From Somniosus microcephalus (Eukaryota): a stretch of DNA of 64,000 nt. The DNA lies in the NCBI GenBank assembly GCA_052327205.1, contig CM126220.1, forward strand, positions 29,450,001 to 29,514,000, read 5' to 3'. The notes beneath the pieces are model-generated. The model was not told the origin of the DNA, ran no database searches, and saw nothing but the letters and a program-made list of their open reading frames with translations. Below, piece after piece: positions 63,652-64,000 of this stretch (position 1 is the stretch's first letter; every line of letters starts with the position of its first letter). The position numbers were made by a program, and so were the translations under genes.

Positions 63652-64000
63652 TCGTCCACCACTAGATGGTGGCGGTCCTGACTTGTAACTATCCCTGTCA
63701 GAGGTGCTCGTCTGGCACTTGCAGGCTCTAATACATTAGCACAATACGTCACTTAATGCAATCCAACAGATCCCGCAACGCAACACAGCAGAGAGACTTT
63801 TAGTCTGTCTCCGATTCCCAACTAACTCTGGCCTTCACGTGGGGCCCAGTCGCCCTCTTAATTCCGGCTCAGTATGGGTCCTCGAGACATTTACATTCCG
63901 AAATAACACATCAGGTTTCAATCAACTTAACTACTATTTAAACTGCATCTCTCACCTGTCACGGATACCAGATTCTTTCGATACTGCATTGCTGTCACAC

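Larger units (their letters stand above)
52206..64000 (-). mobile_element. Endogenous retrovirus (leader-gag-pro-pol-env-3'LTR); PBS and 5' LTR lie beyond the window
   Basis: Complete gene order with LTR, PPT, and splice donor and acceptor; see component features. Confidence 0.95.

Overview
Vertebrate genomic DNA, almost certainly a shark or other cartilaginous fish, judged from its repeats (HE1/V-SINE, Deu-type SINEs, CR1, L2, RTE, Neptune-like Penelope elements, Harbinger MITEs). Bases ~600-36200 hold the last six coding exons of TTC28 on the + strand, including a 24-nt microexon, and a possibly ~8-kb 3' UTR follows. At ~47.2 kb, where PITPNB lies in other vertebrates, there is a PITP-type first exon (VVLTKE-Y|GTAAGT). 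Its usual ATG is GTG, and an in-frame signal-peptide-like extension precedes it. From 51.4 kb to the end of the window lies a three-level nest of retroelements, all on the - strand. A Penelope element is interrupted by an endogenous retrovirus (3' LTR, gamma-type env, pol, gag with two zinc knuckles and a UGA-CGG readthrough signal). Its env is in turn interrupted at the CWVC motif by a young, complete 4.3-kb Ty3/Gypsy element. The Gypsy has no tRNA primer site; the sequence at the primer-site position is complementary to its own LTR, suggesting self-priming. Several Penelope-associated minimal hammerhead ribozymes are present, two with a compensatory U3-A8 core. All calls come from reading the sequence; no searches or computations were run.
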